This document shows positions 34,897-46,047 of a stretch of 47,657 nt of DNA, one piece after another (position 1 is the stretch's first letter; each line of letters starts with the position of its first letter). Source of the DNA: Verrucomicrobiia bacterium. Its GTDB lineage: Bacteria > Verrucomicrobiota > Verrucomicrobiia > Limisphaerales > UBA11358. The stretch is taken from contig JBAXIY010000003.1 of assembly GCA_037138135.1 (NCBI GenBank), positions 1-47,657 on the forward strand, written 5' to 3'. The notes below the pieces were generated by a model. That model made no database searches and was not told the DNA's origin. It was given only the letters and a program-made list of their open reading frames with translations. The position numbers and the translations under genes were made by a program.

Positions 34897-35676
34897 ATGT
34901 TCTGGAACAAAAAAAAGAATCCCTTCGCCCCGCTCAAGCGCGAAGTTGCCGCGCCAGCCATTACCGGCCGCCGCGCCTTTCTGGGCACGCTGGTTGGCCT
35001 CGCCTTTTACGCCTTTGGCCGGACGTCCGGCGCGAGCGCCCGCAACTACGACAAAAAAGTTATCCGCCCGCCCGGCTCCGTGGAAGAGATCGATTTTCTG
35101 AACCGTTGCATCAAGTGCGACCAGTGTATCCGCGTCTGCCCAACCAATGTGCTGCAGCCCGCGCTGATGGAATCCGGCCTCGAAGGCATCTGGACGCCCA
35201 TCCTCAACATGAAGATTGGTTTCTGCGAGGTGAACTGCACGCTCTGCGGTCAGGTCTGCCCGACGGGCGCCATCCAGCGCATCACCATCGAAGAAAAAAC
35301 CGGCACCGGCCCGTTCGTCAAGGAAGGCCCGATCAAGCTCGGCACCGCGTTCTTCGACCGCGGTCGCTGTCTGCCATGGGCGATGGAAACACCCTGTGTC
35401 GTCTGCGAAGAAGTTTGTCCCGTTTCGCCGAAAGCGATTTTCTCGCGCGAGGTCACCATCATCAAGCGCGATGGCAATCCCATCACGCTGCGCCAACCTT
35501 ACATGGATCCCGCACTCTGCATCGGCTGCGGCATTTGCGAGCACGAATGTCCCGTCACCGACGAAGCTGCCATCCGCGTCACGGCCATCGGCGAAACCCG
35601 TTCGCGCGAACGCCGCCTCTTGATGGACGGCGGCGTAACCAGCGCCGTGAACGATCTGGAAAAACGGCAACGCTAA
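34897..35676 (+). CDS. NapG/MauM-like polyferredoxin
   Basis: GRRAFL; [22 protein letters not shown]; four Fe-S cysteine groups. Confidence 0.88.
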   Translation: MFWNKKKNPFAPLKREVAAPAITGRRAFLGTLVGLAFYAFGRTSGASARNYDKKVIRPPGSVEEIDFLNRCIKCDQCIRVCPTNVLQPALMESGLEGIWTPILNMKIGFCEVNCTLCGQVCPTGAIQRITIEEKTGTGPFVKEGPIKLGTAFFDRGRCLPWAMETPCVVCEEVCPVSPKAIFSREVTIIKRDGNPITLRQPYMDPALCIGCGICEHECPVTDEAAIRVTAIGETRSRERRLLMDGGVTSAVNDLEKRQR

Positions 35677-35691
35677 AAACCCTTACGAATA

Positions 35692-35907
35692 ATGCCCTCT
35701 GGAGAACGCCCCCGCACCTGCCGCGCCTGCGGTAAGAAGTTTGAATATCCTTCCAACGACAGCGGCGCCACGCGCCATCACTGCGAAGATTGTGTGATCG
35801 TTCCGCCAGAAACGCAGAAAATTCTGGAACGCCTCAGCAGCCGCGTGACGCAATTGGAAAACCAACTCCGTAGCCTTCAGGAAAAACCCGCTGCGCCAGC
35901 ACCTTGA
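35692..35907 (+). CDS. small zinc-ribbon plus coiled-coil protein
   Basis: CRAC...HHCEDC followed by a heptad helix; directly after the operon. Confidence 0.6.
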   Translation: MPSGERPRTCRACGKKFEYPSNDSGATRHHCEDCVIVPPETQKILERLSSRVTQLENQLRSLQEKPAAPAP

Positions 35908-35930
35908 TCGCGATGCACGCGAATGTGATC

Positions 35931-36013
35931 TGGTGGGCAAGCGTCCTCGCGAGCTGCGAACGGTTTGAAGCCTGGCCAATTCCAAACGGCTCGTCAGGAG
36001 GCTCGACCTACCA
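35931..36013. repeat. REP-like imperfect palindrome between convergent operons
   Basis: TGGTGGGCAAGCGTCCTCGCGAGCTG pairs with CGGCTCGTCAGGAGGCTCGACCTACCA; inner GTTTGAA / TTCCAAAC. Confidence 0.6.
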
Positions 36014-36033
36014 ATCTAACCATGAGCAAAAGT

Positions 36034-36864
36034 TTACTTTTTCCCCAGAATTTCGTTCGTGCTACCGCGACGGTAGCCCTGCAAATCTAGCGTGACGTGC
36101 GCGTAGCCAATTTGTTTTAAAGCACCGGCAATCTTGTCCGCCACACCGTCCACCAAAAACTTTTGCATCTCCGCCGGACCCACTTCAATGCGGGCGAAAC
36201 TTTGTTTCTGCATTTCGTGGTGCCGCACACGCACGTCATGGAAGCCGAGGTCGCGCAGCGCGTATTCTGCCAACTCAATCATGCGCAGTTTTTCGGGTGT
36301 CACGGTTTCCCCGTAGGGCACGCGCGAACTCAAGCACGCCATCTGCGGCTTGTCAGCCGTCGGTAGGCCGAGCTGCGCGGAAAGCTCGCGGATTTCCGCC
36401 TTGGTCAAACCGGCCTCCTTCAACGGTGCGCGCACTTGGAATTCCGTCGCCGCCTGTGCGCCCGGGCGGAAGTCGCCCACGTCACTCGCGTTTTCGCCGT
36501 AGGCAATCACCGCAAATTTTTCCGCCTTGGCCAGCGGCGTCAGTTCCTCGAATAATTCGTGCTTGCAGAAGTAACAACGGTTGGCCGGATTGGTCGTGTA
36601 ATTTTCGTTGGCAAACTCCTGCGTGTGCAGCACACGGACGGGGAAGGAAAACTTTGCCGCGATGTCGAGCGCCTCCGCCAGTTCACGGCGCGGCAAACTC
36701 GGCGAATCAGCAATCGCCGCCAGCGCGCGATCGTCCAGCACCTCATGCGCGACGCGTGCGAGAAACACCGAGTCCACACCACCGGAATACGCCACGAGAC
36801 AGGAGCCATAGCTTTTCAGTAAGGCCCGCAATTTCTCTAGCTTGTTAGTCGCTGCGCTCATCAC
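36034..36864 (-). CDS. larE: NPN cofactor sulfur transferase LarE (three-Cys, likely [4Fe-4S] type)
   Basis: SGGVDS PP-loop, RCYFCK, D.RPG, ACLSSR, DL.GYR.GS.N motifs. Confidence 0.94.
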   Translation of the reverse strand: MMSAATNKLEKLRALLKSYGSCLVAYSGGVDSVFLARVAHEVLDDRALAAIADSPSLPRRELAEALDIAAKFSFPVRVLHTQEFANENYTTNPANRCYFCKHELFEELTPLAKAEKFAVIAYGENASDVGDFRPGAQAATEFQVRAPLKEAGLTKAEIRELSAQLGLPTADKPQMACLSSRVPYGETVTPEKLRMIELAEYALRDLGFHDVRVRHHEMQKQSFARIEVGPAEMQKFLVDGVADKIAGALKQIGYAHVTLDLQGYRRGSTNEILGKK

Positions 36865-38237
36865 TTCAGTTTTTTGGCGCTTTTCTCCACGGCTGCGAAG
36901 ACCTGCTTGACTGGGACTTTCGCCTTAGCCGCTAGTTTTTTTACCGTTTCAAATTCCGGCGCGATCTGGACTGCTTGACCACCAAGTTTTCCAATCTTTA
37001 CCGTGGCATTTCCAAACGGCGTTTTCACTTCGGCAAACTCGCGCTGTAGCTTGCGTCGCTCGGCAACGGTTTTGCGCACGCCGAACGCCGTCGTTTCGCG
37101 CAGCATCAATTCGCAAAATTTGTCCGCATCGGTATCCGCGCACAACACGGTCAGCAACACGCCAGGCCGGTTTTTTTTCATCTGAATCGGCGTGTGAAAC
37201 ACGTCCAACGCGCCGGAGTTAAACGCCGATTCAACGAACGCGCCGAGAATTTCACCGCTGCAATCGTCGAGATTCGTTTCGAGCACGGCCACCCGGTCGG
37301 TTTCCCAATCCAAGTTGGTTGCCGGTGGCGGGTTGAAAGTGGCGGGTTGAACTGCGACGCCAGCTTTGGACTTTGGTCTTTGGACTTTAGACTGCGTTCC
37401 CAGCACTGCCCGCAGCACATTCGGTCGCGTCTTGTTATCGCGTGTGCCAAGGCCAAAGCCGATTTTCTCGGCCACCAGATTCTCCATCGCGCCGAAGCTT
37501 TCGACGAATTCCGCCAGCAGCGCCGCGCCGGTGGGTGTGACCAGTTCGTGCGGCTCGTCGCATTGCGTAATCCCGATGCCACGCGCGCCGAGAATCGCCA
37601 GCGTGGCCGGGGCGGGAACCGGAAAACGGCCATGCGCACAACGAATCCACCCGGTGCCTTCGACCACTGCCGAGGCGAACACGCACGGCTTACCGAGCAA
37701 CTCCAAGGCGATGGCGGCGCCGACGATATCCACAATCGAATCCACAGCACCAACTTCGTGGAAATGCACTTCGTTCGGCGGTAGTCCGTGAATTTTTCCC
37801 TCCGCCACGGCGATGCGTTGAAAAACGGCGATGGATTTCTGTTTCACCCAGGCGGAGAGCTTGCTGCGCGTAATCAGCTGTTTGATCTCGGAAAAATTTC
37901 TTTGCTCTTCATGCGCATGATCGTGGTGGTGCTCCTCTTCGTGATGATGATGTCCGTGCTCGTGCGCGTGTCCGTGGTTGTGATCGTGTTCTTGCGGATG
38001 TGCGTGGCCATGCTCGAGTTCATGCATGTGGTCATGCTCATGCGCGAGGTGAACCACAAACTTCACCCCAGCGATGGCGGATTTTTGCCCGCGCGAAATG
38101 TGGAGGTGATAGCCATCGAGTTTGAGCTTCTTCAGTTCCCGCTCCAGCTTGCTGACGTCCACGCCGAGATCGAGCAGCGCGGCAATGAACATATCACCGG
38201 CGATGCCGCTGAAAATATCGAGGTAAAGAATTTTCAT
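36861..38237 (-). CDS. larC: NPN cofactor nickel insertase LarC (fused C1-C2)
   Basis: SGIAGDM, long His-rich tract, [39 protein letters not shown]. Confidence 0.95.
   Translation of the reverse strand: MKILYLDIFSGIAGDMFIAALLDLGVDVSKLERELKKLKLDGYHLHISRGQKSAIAGVKFVVHLAHEHDHMHELEHGHAHPQEHDHNHGHAHEHGHHHHEEEHHHDHAHEEQRNFSEIKQLITRSKLSAWVKQKSIAVFQRIAVAEGKIHGLPPNEVHFHEVGAVDSIVDIVGAAIALELLGKPCVFASAVVEGTGWIRCAHGRFPVPAPATLAILGARGIGITQCDEPHELVTPTGAALLAEFVESFGAMENLVAEKIGFGLGTRDNKTRPNVLRAVLGTQSKVQRPKSKAGVAVQPATFNPPPATNLDWETDRVAVLETNLDDCSGEILGAFVESAFNSGALDVFHTPIQMKKNRPGVLLTVLCADTDADKFCELMLRETTAFGVRKTVAERRKLQREFAEVKTPFGNATVKIGKLGGQAVQIAPEFETVKKLAAKAKVPVKQVFAAVEKSAKKLK
37317..37393. repeat. heptamer tandem repeats inside the larC linker
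   Basis: CTTTGGA CTTTGGT CTTTGGA CTTTAGA (37364-37391) and GTGGCGGGTTGAA x2 with 14-nt period (37325-37351). Confidence 0.7.
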
Positions 38238-38992
38238 TTTTGAGAAATCAGCGCGTTAATCTGGCTCGCCGCGTAACCCGCGCCGAAGCCATTGTCAATG
38301 TTCACAACCGTCACGCCGCTGGCGCAACTATTCAGCATGGCGAGCAAGGCGGCGATGCCACCGAAGCTCGCGCCGTAGCCGATGCTGGTCGGCACCGCGA
38401 TGACGGGCTTGGAAACGATTCCCGCGAGCACGCTCGGCAATGCGCCTTCCATGCCGGCGACGGCCACGATGACGTTCGCACTTTGCAACTGTTCCATCCG
38501 GGCCAGCATCCGGTGCAAACCGGCCACACCAACGTCGTGAATGCGCTCAACCTGGTTGCCCATAATCTCGGCGGTCACGGCCGCTTCCTCGGCCACCGGT
38601 AAATCACTCGTGCCGGCGCAGACCACGGCGATAAAACCGGCGCGTTTCGGCAACGGCTTACTCTCAATGGTCACGCAGCGGGCGGCGGCATGATGGACCG
38701 CGAGCTTGAATTTTTTCTTCAGGCGGCGCGCGTGTTCGTCCGTGAGCCGTGTGGCCAGGACTTGCTGCCCGTGTTCCATTAGTTTAGCGGCGATCTGGAC
38801 CACTTGCTCGGGTGTCTTGCCAGCGCCGAAAATAACTTCCGGGAAATTTTTTCGGAGCGCCCGGTGCGTGTCCACTTGGGCAAAGCCGAGGTCGGCCACG
38901 GGCGCAGCCTGAAAGGCACGCAGCACTTTTTCGCGCGAAACGGTTCCGGCGCGAAACTGCTCCAGCAATTGGGCGGCTTCAGTCGTTGTCAT
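38234..38992 (-). CDS. larB: NPN cofactor carboxylase/hydrolase LarB
   Basis: [54 protein letters not shown]; start ATG 38992. Confidence 0.95.
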   Translation of the reverse strand: MTTTEAAQLLEQFRAGTVSREKVLRAFQAAPVADLGFAQVDTHRALRKNFPEVIFGAGKTPEQVVQIAAKLMEHGQQVLATRLTDEHARRLKKKFKLAVHHAAARCVTIESKPLPKRAGFIAVVCAGTSDLPVAEEAAVTAEIMGNQVERIHDVGVAGLHRMLARMEQLQSANVIVAVAGMEGALPSVLAGIVSKPVIAVPTSIGYGASFGGIAALLAMLNSCASGVTVVNIDNGFGAGYAASQINALISQK

Positions 38993-39058
38993 CGTGTGAC
39001 AATGCCCCACGCATCACCGGCTGTCACGCGGGAAAACAACGCGAGCGGGATCCGGCCT

Positions 39059-40297
<1,239 letters not shown>

Positions 40298-40409
40298 AAA
40301 ATTAAATCGAAGGCCGAGACGATAACAATTTTTTCTCGTCGCGCAAGAAAGCGATTCACGGCAAATGCTCCGCTTGCACTTCTCATCTTCACCGCCTACT
40401 TTCACCGCC

Positions 40410-41591
40410 ATGAAATATCGTCGCTTCGGCCGGACCAATTTGCAGATGCCCGTCATTTCTTGTGGCGGGATGCGCTACCAGCATAAGTGGCAGGACGTGC
40501 CGCCGGCGCAAATCCCCCGCGCCAATCAGGAAAATCTCGAAGCCACCATCCATCGTGCACTCGAACTCGGCATCAACCACATCGAGACCGCGCGCGGCTA
40601 CGGCACGTCGGAAATGCAGCTCGGCGCGTTGCTGCCCAAACTGCCGCGCGACAAAATGATTGTGCAAACGAAAGTCGCACCGCAGGCCACGGCGGAAAAG
40701 TTTCTGGAAATTTTCGAGACCTCGATGAATTATCTGAAACTCGACCACGTGGATTTGCTCTCGCTGCACGGCATCAACAACCGCGAGACTCTCGACTGGT
40801 CGCTGCGCAAGGGCGGCTGCCTCGAAGCCGCGCGCAAACTGCAAAAGGCAGGCCGCTGCCGGTTTATCGGCTTCTCTACCCACGCCACTACGGACATCAT
40901 TTTGGAAGCTGTCAACACTTGCGAATTTGATTACGTGAACCTCCACTGGTATTTCGTCAACGACCTGAACTGGCCCGCCATCCTCGCCGCGACCAAGCAG
41001 GACATGGGCGTGTTCATCATCAGCCCGAACGACAAGGGCGGCAAACTTCAGGAACCCGGTGAGAAAATAAAATCGCTTTCCGCGCCGCTCACGCCGATGC
41101 AGTTCAACGACCTTTACTGCCTCGCGCGGCCGGAGGTTCACACGCTGAGCTGCGGTGCGGCCAAGCCGACGGATTTTGACGAACACGTCGCCGCGCTGGA
41201 ATTTTACGACCGGATTCCCGAAACGATTGCGCCCATCGAAAAACGCTGGCGCGCGGAAATGGAAAAAGTTCTCGGCGCGGACTGGTGCGCGCGGTGGCAC
41301 GCTGGCTTGCCGAATTACGTGGACGTGCCCGGCCAGATCAACGTCACGGAAATTTTGCGCCTCTGGACTTACGGTAAGCCGCTGGAACTCACGGCGTGGG
41401 GCAAAATGCGCTACAACCTGCTCGGTCAGGCCGACCACTGGTTCCCCGGCGAGAACGCCGCGAAGGCGCCGTCGCTCGATCTGCGCGCCGCGCTGAAAAA
41501 CAGTCCGTTCGCCGACCGCATTCCCGCCATCCTCGCCGAGGCGCACAAAATATTTTTCGAAAAACCGGTGGAACGCTTGAGCAAGAGCTGA
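40410..41591 (+). CDS. aldo/keto reductase family protein
   Basis: [38 protein letters not shown] motifs. Confidence 0.9.
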   Translation: MKYRRFGRTNLQMPVISCGGMRYQHKWQDVPPAQIPRANQENLEATIHRALELGINHIETARGYGTSEMQLGALLPKLPRDKMIVQTKVAPQATAEKFLEIFETSMNYLKLDHVDLLSLHGINNRETLDWSLRKGGCLEAARKLQKAGRCRFIGFSTHATTDIILEAVNTCEFDYVNLHWYFVNDLNWPAILAATKQDMGVFIISPNDKGGKLQEPGEKIKSLSAPLTPMQFNDLYCLARPEVHTLSCGAAKPTDFDEHVAALEFYDRIPETIAPIEKRWRAEMEKVLGADWCARWHAGLPNYVDVPGQINVTEILRLWTYGKPLELTAWGKMRYNLLGQADHWFPGENAAKAPSLDLRAALKNSPFADRIPAILAEAHKIFFEKPVERLSKS

Positions 41592-41594
41592 AGC

Positions 41595-42502
41595 TTAAGC
41601 GCGCCAGGAAAGTTTTTTCACCTGCGCATGTTCGGGATGATTCGCGTCGAGCGAACGCAGTTCAAATTCCGCGCCGCCGGCCGCCAGCGTGCAGCGCACC
41701 CAACCGCTCGGCCGGCCGGCCTTGAAGGCGTAGCCGGTCGGCGGCAGGTTCACCAGATGCACGCCGGCGCATGCGCCTCCACGCGCCAGTCGTGTGTGTG
41801 GCCGAACACATACGCCTTCACCGCCGGATACCGCGCGAAGATTTCCACCAGCGCGGCGGAATCCTTCAGCGCCGAATTCGCCCCGGGCGATTGCAAATTG
41901 TGATGGCCGACGATGATGGCCGGTTTTTCCTTTCGCGCGGCCAGTTCGGCATCCAGCCACGCAACCTGCGCCGCGCCGAGTTCGCCGGGCGCGGCGTCCG
42001 TGGCGGCGAGCGAATCCAGCAAGAACCAATTCGCCCAATCCGTTTCTAAAACCGAGCATTGCTTCTGCGGAACGGCCTTTTGCCGCACCGCGTCGCTGCG
42101 AAAGGCGGACCAAAAGTTTTCCCGCTGGTCGTGGTTGCCGAGATTCAGATGAATCGGCGCGAGCGAGCGCACCGGCTCGATCAATTTGGCGAACGTCGCG
42201 TAATCCGCCGGCAAGCCGGTTTTGAACGCGAGGTCGCCGTTCACGAAAACGGCGGCGGGTTTCGCCGGCCACGCGGCGAGTTCGCGCCCGCAGGCGGCGA
42301 GGTTGTCCGCCACGTTGACGCCGTTGTGAAGCAGCGCGGCATCGGCGGCGACGTGGCAGTCCGAGAAAAAGGCGAAGGTGTTGTTGTCGCGCGCCCCGCC
42401 GAACAACCCGGCGTAACCGGAAGCCGCCGCCATGCCCGCGCCGGCCAGCGCCGCGCGTTTCAGGAAGACGCGGCGGGAAAGTTGCGGCAGCGTGACCGGC
42501 AT
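41595..42502 (-). pseudogene. Tat-exported metallophosphoesterase with a frameshift near 41768 (pseudogene or sequence error)
   Basis: SRRVFLK; SDCH, NGDL, GNHD, GHTH motifs in one frame ending at 41750. The natural C-terminus (GVHLVNLPPTGY..GW..) continues in another frame to 41595. Confidence 0.75.
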
Positions 42503-42506
42503 AAAA

Positions 42507-43082
42507 CTAAGTTTGCCGGTAAATTTGCGGATGCAAAACGCCAATGAACGGCAGATTACGATAGCGCTCTGCGTAATCCAGTCCGTAGCCAACCACGAAC
42601 TCATCCGGTATCTCAAAGCCGACATAGTCTGCCTTGATATCTTCCACACGCCGGGCGGATTTGTTCAGCAGCACACAGGTCTTGATACGACGCGGCTTGA
42701 GCGCTTGTAATTTGGGAATCACACGGCTCAAGGTTTTGCCTGTATCCAGAATGTCATCCACGAGTAGCACGTCGCGGCCACGCACATCAATGCGCAGTTC
42801 CTTCGTGAAAACCAACTCGCCGGATTCGGTGCCGGCACCGTAACTGGAGACACCCATGAAATCGAGGCGCAGCGGCAGGTTCAAATACCGGATCAAATCC
42901 GCGAGGAACATGACCGTGCCGCTCAGGAGCGAGACGACGACCATTTCGTGCCCGCGAAAATCCTTTTCGATTTCGCGCGCAAGGATTTTGATGCGCTTGG
43001 CAAGTTGCTCGTCGGTGATGAGCACGTTCTGAACCTCCTTGCGCCAGCGTGGCGGAACGGCAGTGTTAAGTTTGGCGCTCAC
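42507..43082 (-). CDS. hpt: hypoxanthine phosphoribosyltransferase
   Basis: VLLVDDILDTGKTL PRPP motif; FVVGYGLDYAERYRNLP. Confidence 0.95.
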   Translation of the reverse strand: MSAKLNTAVPPRWRKEVQNVLITDEQLAKRIKILAREIEKDFRGHEMVVVSLLSGTVMFLADLIRYLNLPLRLDFMGVSSYGAGTESGELVFTKELRIDVRGRDVLLVDDILDTGKTLSRVIPKLQALKPRRIKTCVLLNKSARRVEDIKADYVGFEIPDEFVVGYGLDYAERYRNLPFIGVLHPQIYRQT

Positions 43083-43085
43083 ACG

Positions 43086-43466
43086 TCAGATATGTTTGGA
43101 ATCGTTCTCGTCCTTCTTCACATAGCCGCTGTCCTGACGCTGAAAATTCACAGCGTTCTTTTTGACGTAGGCGGCGAACACGTCGTCCGCGCTCATGCCG
43201 AGCACTTGCGCCATGCTGATGAGAAAATGAAATAAATCCACGACCTCGACGCGCGCGTTTTGCTCGTCGAACTTCTGATACTTCGCCCACCATTTCCACG
43301 GCACGCTGTCGGTGAGCTCGGCCATTTCCTGTTGCATGGCGCGGGTGTAATTAAGCAGCCACTTGGTTTTTTCTTCCTCGCTCATGCCGTCGGTTTTGAC
43401 GCCAATGCGTTCGTTGAGGGCTTTTTGCATCCGGAAGAGTTCGCGTAATTGATCAGGATTTTCCAT
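43086..43466 (-). CDS. dimeric (all-alpha) dUTPase family protein
   Basis: E.AEL....WKWW......ARVEVVD.FHFL.S....Y..KN.VN..RQ..GY; start ATG 43466. Confidence 0.85.
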   Translation of the reverse strand: MENPDQLRELFRMQKALNERIGVKTDGMSEEEKTKWLLNYTRAMQQEMAELTDSVPWKWWAKYQKFDEQNARVEVVDLFHFLISMAQVLGMSADDVFAAYVKKNAVNFQRQDSGYVKKDENDSKHI

Positions 43467-43479
43467 GCCGAAGTTTAAC

Positions 43480-43503
43480 CGCCAAGACGCCAAGGACGCC
43501 AAG
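43480..43503 (+). repeat. short direct repeat CGCCAAG x3
   Basis: CGCCAAG-A-CGCCAAG-GA-CGCCAAG in the intergenic region. Confidence 0.6.
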
Positions 43504-43619
43504 AAAAATTCAAAATTTTTGCAGAATTAAAAACGGTCGGACTTGATGAACTCACTGTCGCAACGGTTCAAATAATTTTTTCGCTTTGAACTTGGCGCGC
43601 AAAGCCCTATACCAACACG

Positions 43620-44240
43620 ATGCTGCCGACACTTTTAGCCAATGGCGGGCCGGTCATCTGGCTCATCCTGATTGCCGCCGCCGCCGCCGCCGTCGTGTTC
43701 ATCGAACGCGCGCTATTCTGCCATCGTTCGCAGATCAACTCCGCCGAGTTTCTGAATGGCGTTCGCACCGTCATCAAACGCGGCAACATCGTTGAGGCCA
43801 TCGCGATTTGTGATGCCACTGCCGGTCCCGTCGCGCGGCTGGTGAAGGCCGCCATTCTCGCGCGCGAACATGGCCGCGACCGAGTGCGCGAAGCTGTCGA
43901 GGAAGCCGGCCTCACCGAAGTGCCGCGCCTCGAAGAAAAATTAAATCTGCTCGCGACCATCGCGCAAATCGCGCCGCTGCTTGGGTTGTTCGGCACAATC
44001 GTCGGCTTCATTGATGTCTTCGGCCAGATTGAACAGGCCGGACTTTACGCGCACATCGAAATGTTATCGCATGGCGTTTGGAAGGCGCTCGTGTGCGCCG
44101 CCGGCGGCATCGCCGTCGCCATTCCCGCGCATGCCGGATACAATTATCTGGTGAGTCGCGTGAACAAAATCGTGTTGGACATGGAACGCGCTGCTGCTGA
44201 GATTGTCAACATCGTCACTGAAAACGGCAACGGCAAATGA
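43620..44240 (+). CDS. exbB: MotA/TolQ/ExbB proton channel protein
   Basis: TIAQIAPLLGLFGTIVG; ALV..A.GI.VAIPA. Confidence 0.88.
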   Translation: MLPTLLANGGPVIWLILIAAAAAAVVFIERALFCHRSQINSAEFLNGVRTVIKRGNIVEAIAICDATAGPVARLVKAAILAREHGRDRVREAVEEAGLTEVPRLEEKLNLLATIAQIAPLLGLFGTIVGFIDVFGQIEQAGLYAHIEMLSHGVWKALVCAAGGIAVAIPAHAGYNYLVSRVNKIVLDMERAAAEIVNIVTENGNGK

Positions 44241-44656
44241 AATTCCCGCGCTCCGCCAAAATCCTGCGCAGCCAGTTCGACGTCGCGCCGTTCGCTTCCG
44301 TCTTCTTTGCGTTGTTGATTTTCCTGTTGCTGGCCGCGTTGCTGCCCGTATCCGGTTTGCGGATGAATCTCACACCGCCTGTCGCCGCCGATTTACCCGG
44401 CGTGGATCGTCCCGTCCTCACGATCGCGGTGGATTCGCAGAACCGTCTCTATTTTGAAAATCAGATTGTCACCGAAGCAGTATTAAAAACCACGCTCGCC
44501 GCCGCTGCCAAAAGCACGCGCGTCCCGCTCTCCCTCGTCATCCACGCCGATAAAGCCGTCCAATATGATGAGCTGGCCCATCTTGCCTTGCTCGCGCGCG
44601 CGCCGGAAATCGGCATCACTAATCTGTTGCTCGCGACCCTGCCCGCCTCGCCATGA
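44237..44656 (+). CDS. exbD: ExbD/TolR biopolymer transporter
   Basis: N-terminal TM (APFASVFFALLIF) and IHADKAVQY motif; overlaps exbB. Confidence 0.82.
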   Translation: MKFPRSAKILRSQFDVAPFASVFFALLIFLLLAALLPVSGLRMNLTPPVAADLPGVDRPVLTIAVDSQNRLYFENQIVTEAVLKTTLAAAAKSTRVPLSLVIHADKAVQYDELAHLALLARAPEIGITNLLLATLPASP

Positions 44657-45408
44657 ACGCGCCGTCCGTCGAAACGCATCCGTTGACGACGCTGCCACCA
44701 GCCACCGGCTGGAGTTGGAAAAAAATCTTTTTCCTTACCCTCTTCGCCTTGACCGCGCATCTGGCGTTCGTTTTTTTACTGGGAGCCAAAAAGACCGCCG
44801 CCCCGCGCCAGCCAACAAACATTCCCGTGTTCCGCCTCGCTGACAGGGACAACGAACTGATCCGCTTGACCGACCCGACTTTGTTTGTGTTACCGCACAC
44901 CAAAGATTTCGCCCCAGCCGGCTGGTCGCTGCCGCCGGATGCCACCCATTCGTTTGGCTACACCGAACCGCCGGCATTTCTTCCGCTCAACCCGGAAGCT
45001 TTGGGCGCGGCGTTCCAAAACTTCATGCAGACCAACCGTTTTGAGCTGGCGAAACTGAACTTCAAACCGGAGCCGCAACTCGCCCTGCCGCCACCGGCGA
45101 TTGCAGCCGTTTTACCAGCGACCTCGACCTGGCAACTCACCGGCGAAATTGCCGGCAGGAAATGTCTCAACCCGCCCGCACTCGGAACCGAAATGTTGAA
45201 CGATGTGCTTGCCCCCAGCCGGGTGCAATTGCTCGTGGATCAAGCCGGGCGCGTCCTCTCAACCGTGCTGCTGGAAAGCAGTGGTTATGATGCCGCCGAC
45301 CAAAAGGCGCTGGCTTTGGCGCGCGCCTTGCAATTTGTCCCCGCCGAAAAATTGGCGTTCGGTGAAATGATTTTTAACTGGCACACCGTGCCCGTCAGCG
45401 CGCCATGA
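44653..45408 (+). CDS. TonB-like energy transducer
   Basis: N-terminal TM with His, Pro-rich middle, C-terminal VDQAGRV....ESSGYDAADQKAL. Confidence 0.7.
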   Translation: MNAPSVETHPLTTLPPATGWSWKKIFFLTLFALTAHLAFVFLLGAKKTAAPRQPTNIPVFRLADRDNELIRLTDPTLFVLPHTKDFAPAGWSLPPDATHSFGYTEPPAFLPLNPEALGAAFQNFMQTNRFELAKLNFKPEPQLALPPPAIAAVLPATSTWQLTGEIAGRKCLNPPALGTEMLNDVLAPSRVQLLVDQAGRVLSTVLLESSGYDAADQKALALARALQFVPAEKLAFGEMIFNWHTVPVSAP

Positions 45409-45629
45409 GTATTGCCACGCTACTGATGATTTATGTTGCGCTGACGCTCGGCGCGCTCTGCGCTGTGGGGATATATTCCGAACTCGAACGCCGACGCTTC
45501 GGCCCCGCGCATCCCGAAGACCGCGTCTTCCGCTGCGCCAAATGCGGTTTGGTTTACACCGACGACGCGGACGTGGACCGCTCGCGCTGCACTCAATGCG
45601 GCAAGCTCAATGAGCCGGTGGTGTTTTAG
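45405..45629 (+). CDS. small membrane-anchored zinc-ribbon protein
   Basis: TM helix followed by CAKC...CTQCG; 4-nt overlap with the tonB-like gene. Confidence 0.7.
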   Translation: MSIATLLMIYVALTLGALCAVGIYSELERRRFGPAHPEDRVFRCAKCGLVYTDDADVDRSRCTQCGKLNEPVVF

Positions 45630-45632
45630 GGA

Positions 45633-45663
45633 AGCCAGCAGTCAGTCGTCAGTCGTCAGCAGC
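45633..45663. repeat. left heptamer-repeat arm flanking the four-helix-bundle gene
   Basis: AGCCAGCAGTCAGTCGTCAGTCGTCAGCAGC; 24/31 identical to the reverse complement of 46048-46078. Confidence 0.75.
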
Positions 45664-46037
45664 TATTCGCGTTCGTGACCGCGGCCGATGGATTGAAGAT
45701 AGGAAGTTAATTGCGGGGCAAGATTGTCCACCACCGGTTTCAACTTCTTAACTTCCGTTGGCGTTAGCAAATTTCTTTTGAAAGCTCTCCGCAGGAAATG
45801 TTGCGTCTCGTTCAGCGAACCCCGAGCGATTTTTACAAAACGTCGGTTGTCTTGAAAACTATGTCGCCCAGCGCCTTCGGCAATGTTAGCACCAACGCTA
45901 TCCGCACTGCGAACAATCTGCCGACCAACCGTGTCTTTGGAGAAGGCGTCCCACTTCGATACGATGTCCCAAATGGCATCTGCCAGTTCTTCCGAAAGTT
46001 TATACACCCGAAGATTTTCAAAATTTGATTTGCTCAT
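45663..46037 (-). CDS. four-helix-bundle protein (23S rRNA IVS-encoded protein family)
   Basis: FENLRVY, QIVRSADSVGANIAEG.GR, RFVKIARGSL.ET motifs. Confidence 0.92.
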   Translation of the reverse strand: MSKSNFENLRVYKLSEELADAIWDIVSKWDAFSKDTVGRQIVRSADSVGANIAEGAGRHSFQDNRRFVKIARGSLNETQHFLRRAFKRNLLTPTEVKKLKPVVDNLAPQLTSYLQSIGRGHERE

Positions 46038-46047
46038 ATCTTCAAAG

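Noticed and set aside
37900-38050. His-codon low-complexity tract as a novel repeat
   Set aside because: This is the ordinary nickel-binding His-rich region of LarC.
45663-46037. DGR accessory (Avd) gene or a true rRNA intervening sequence
   Set aside because: No reverse transcriptase, template repeat or rRNA is nearby.
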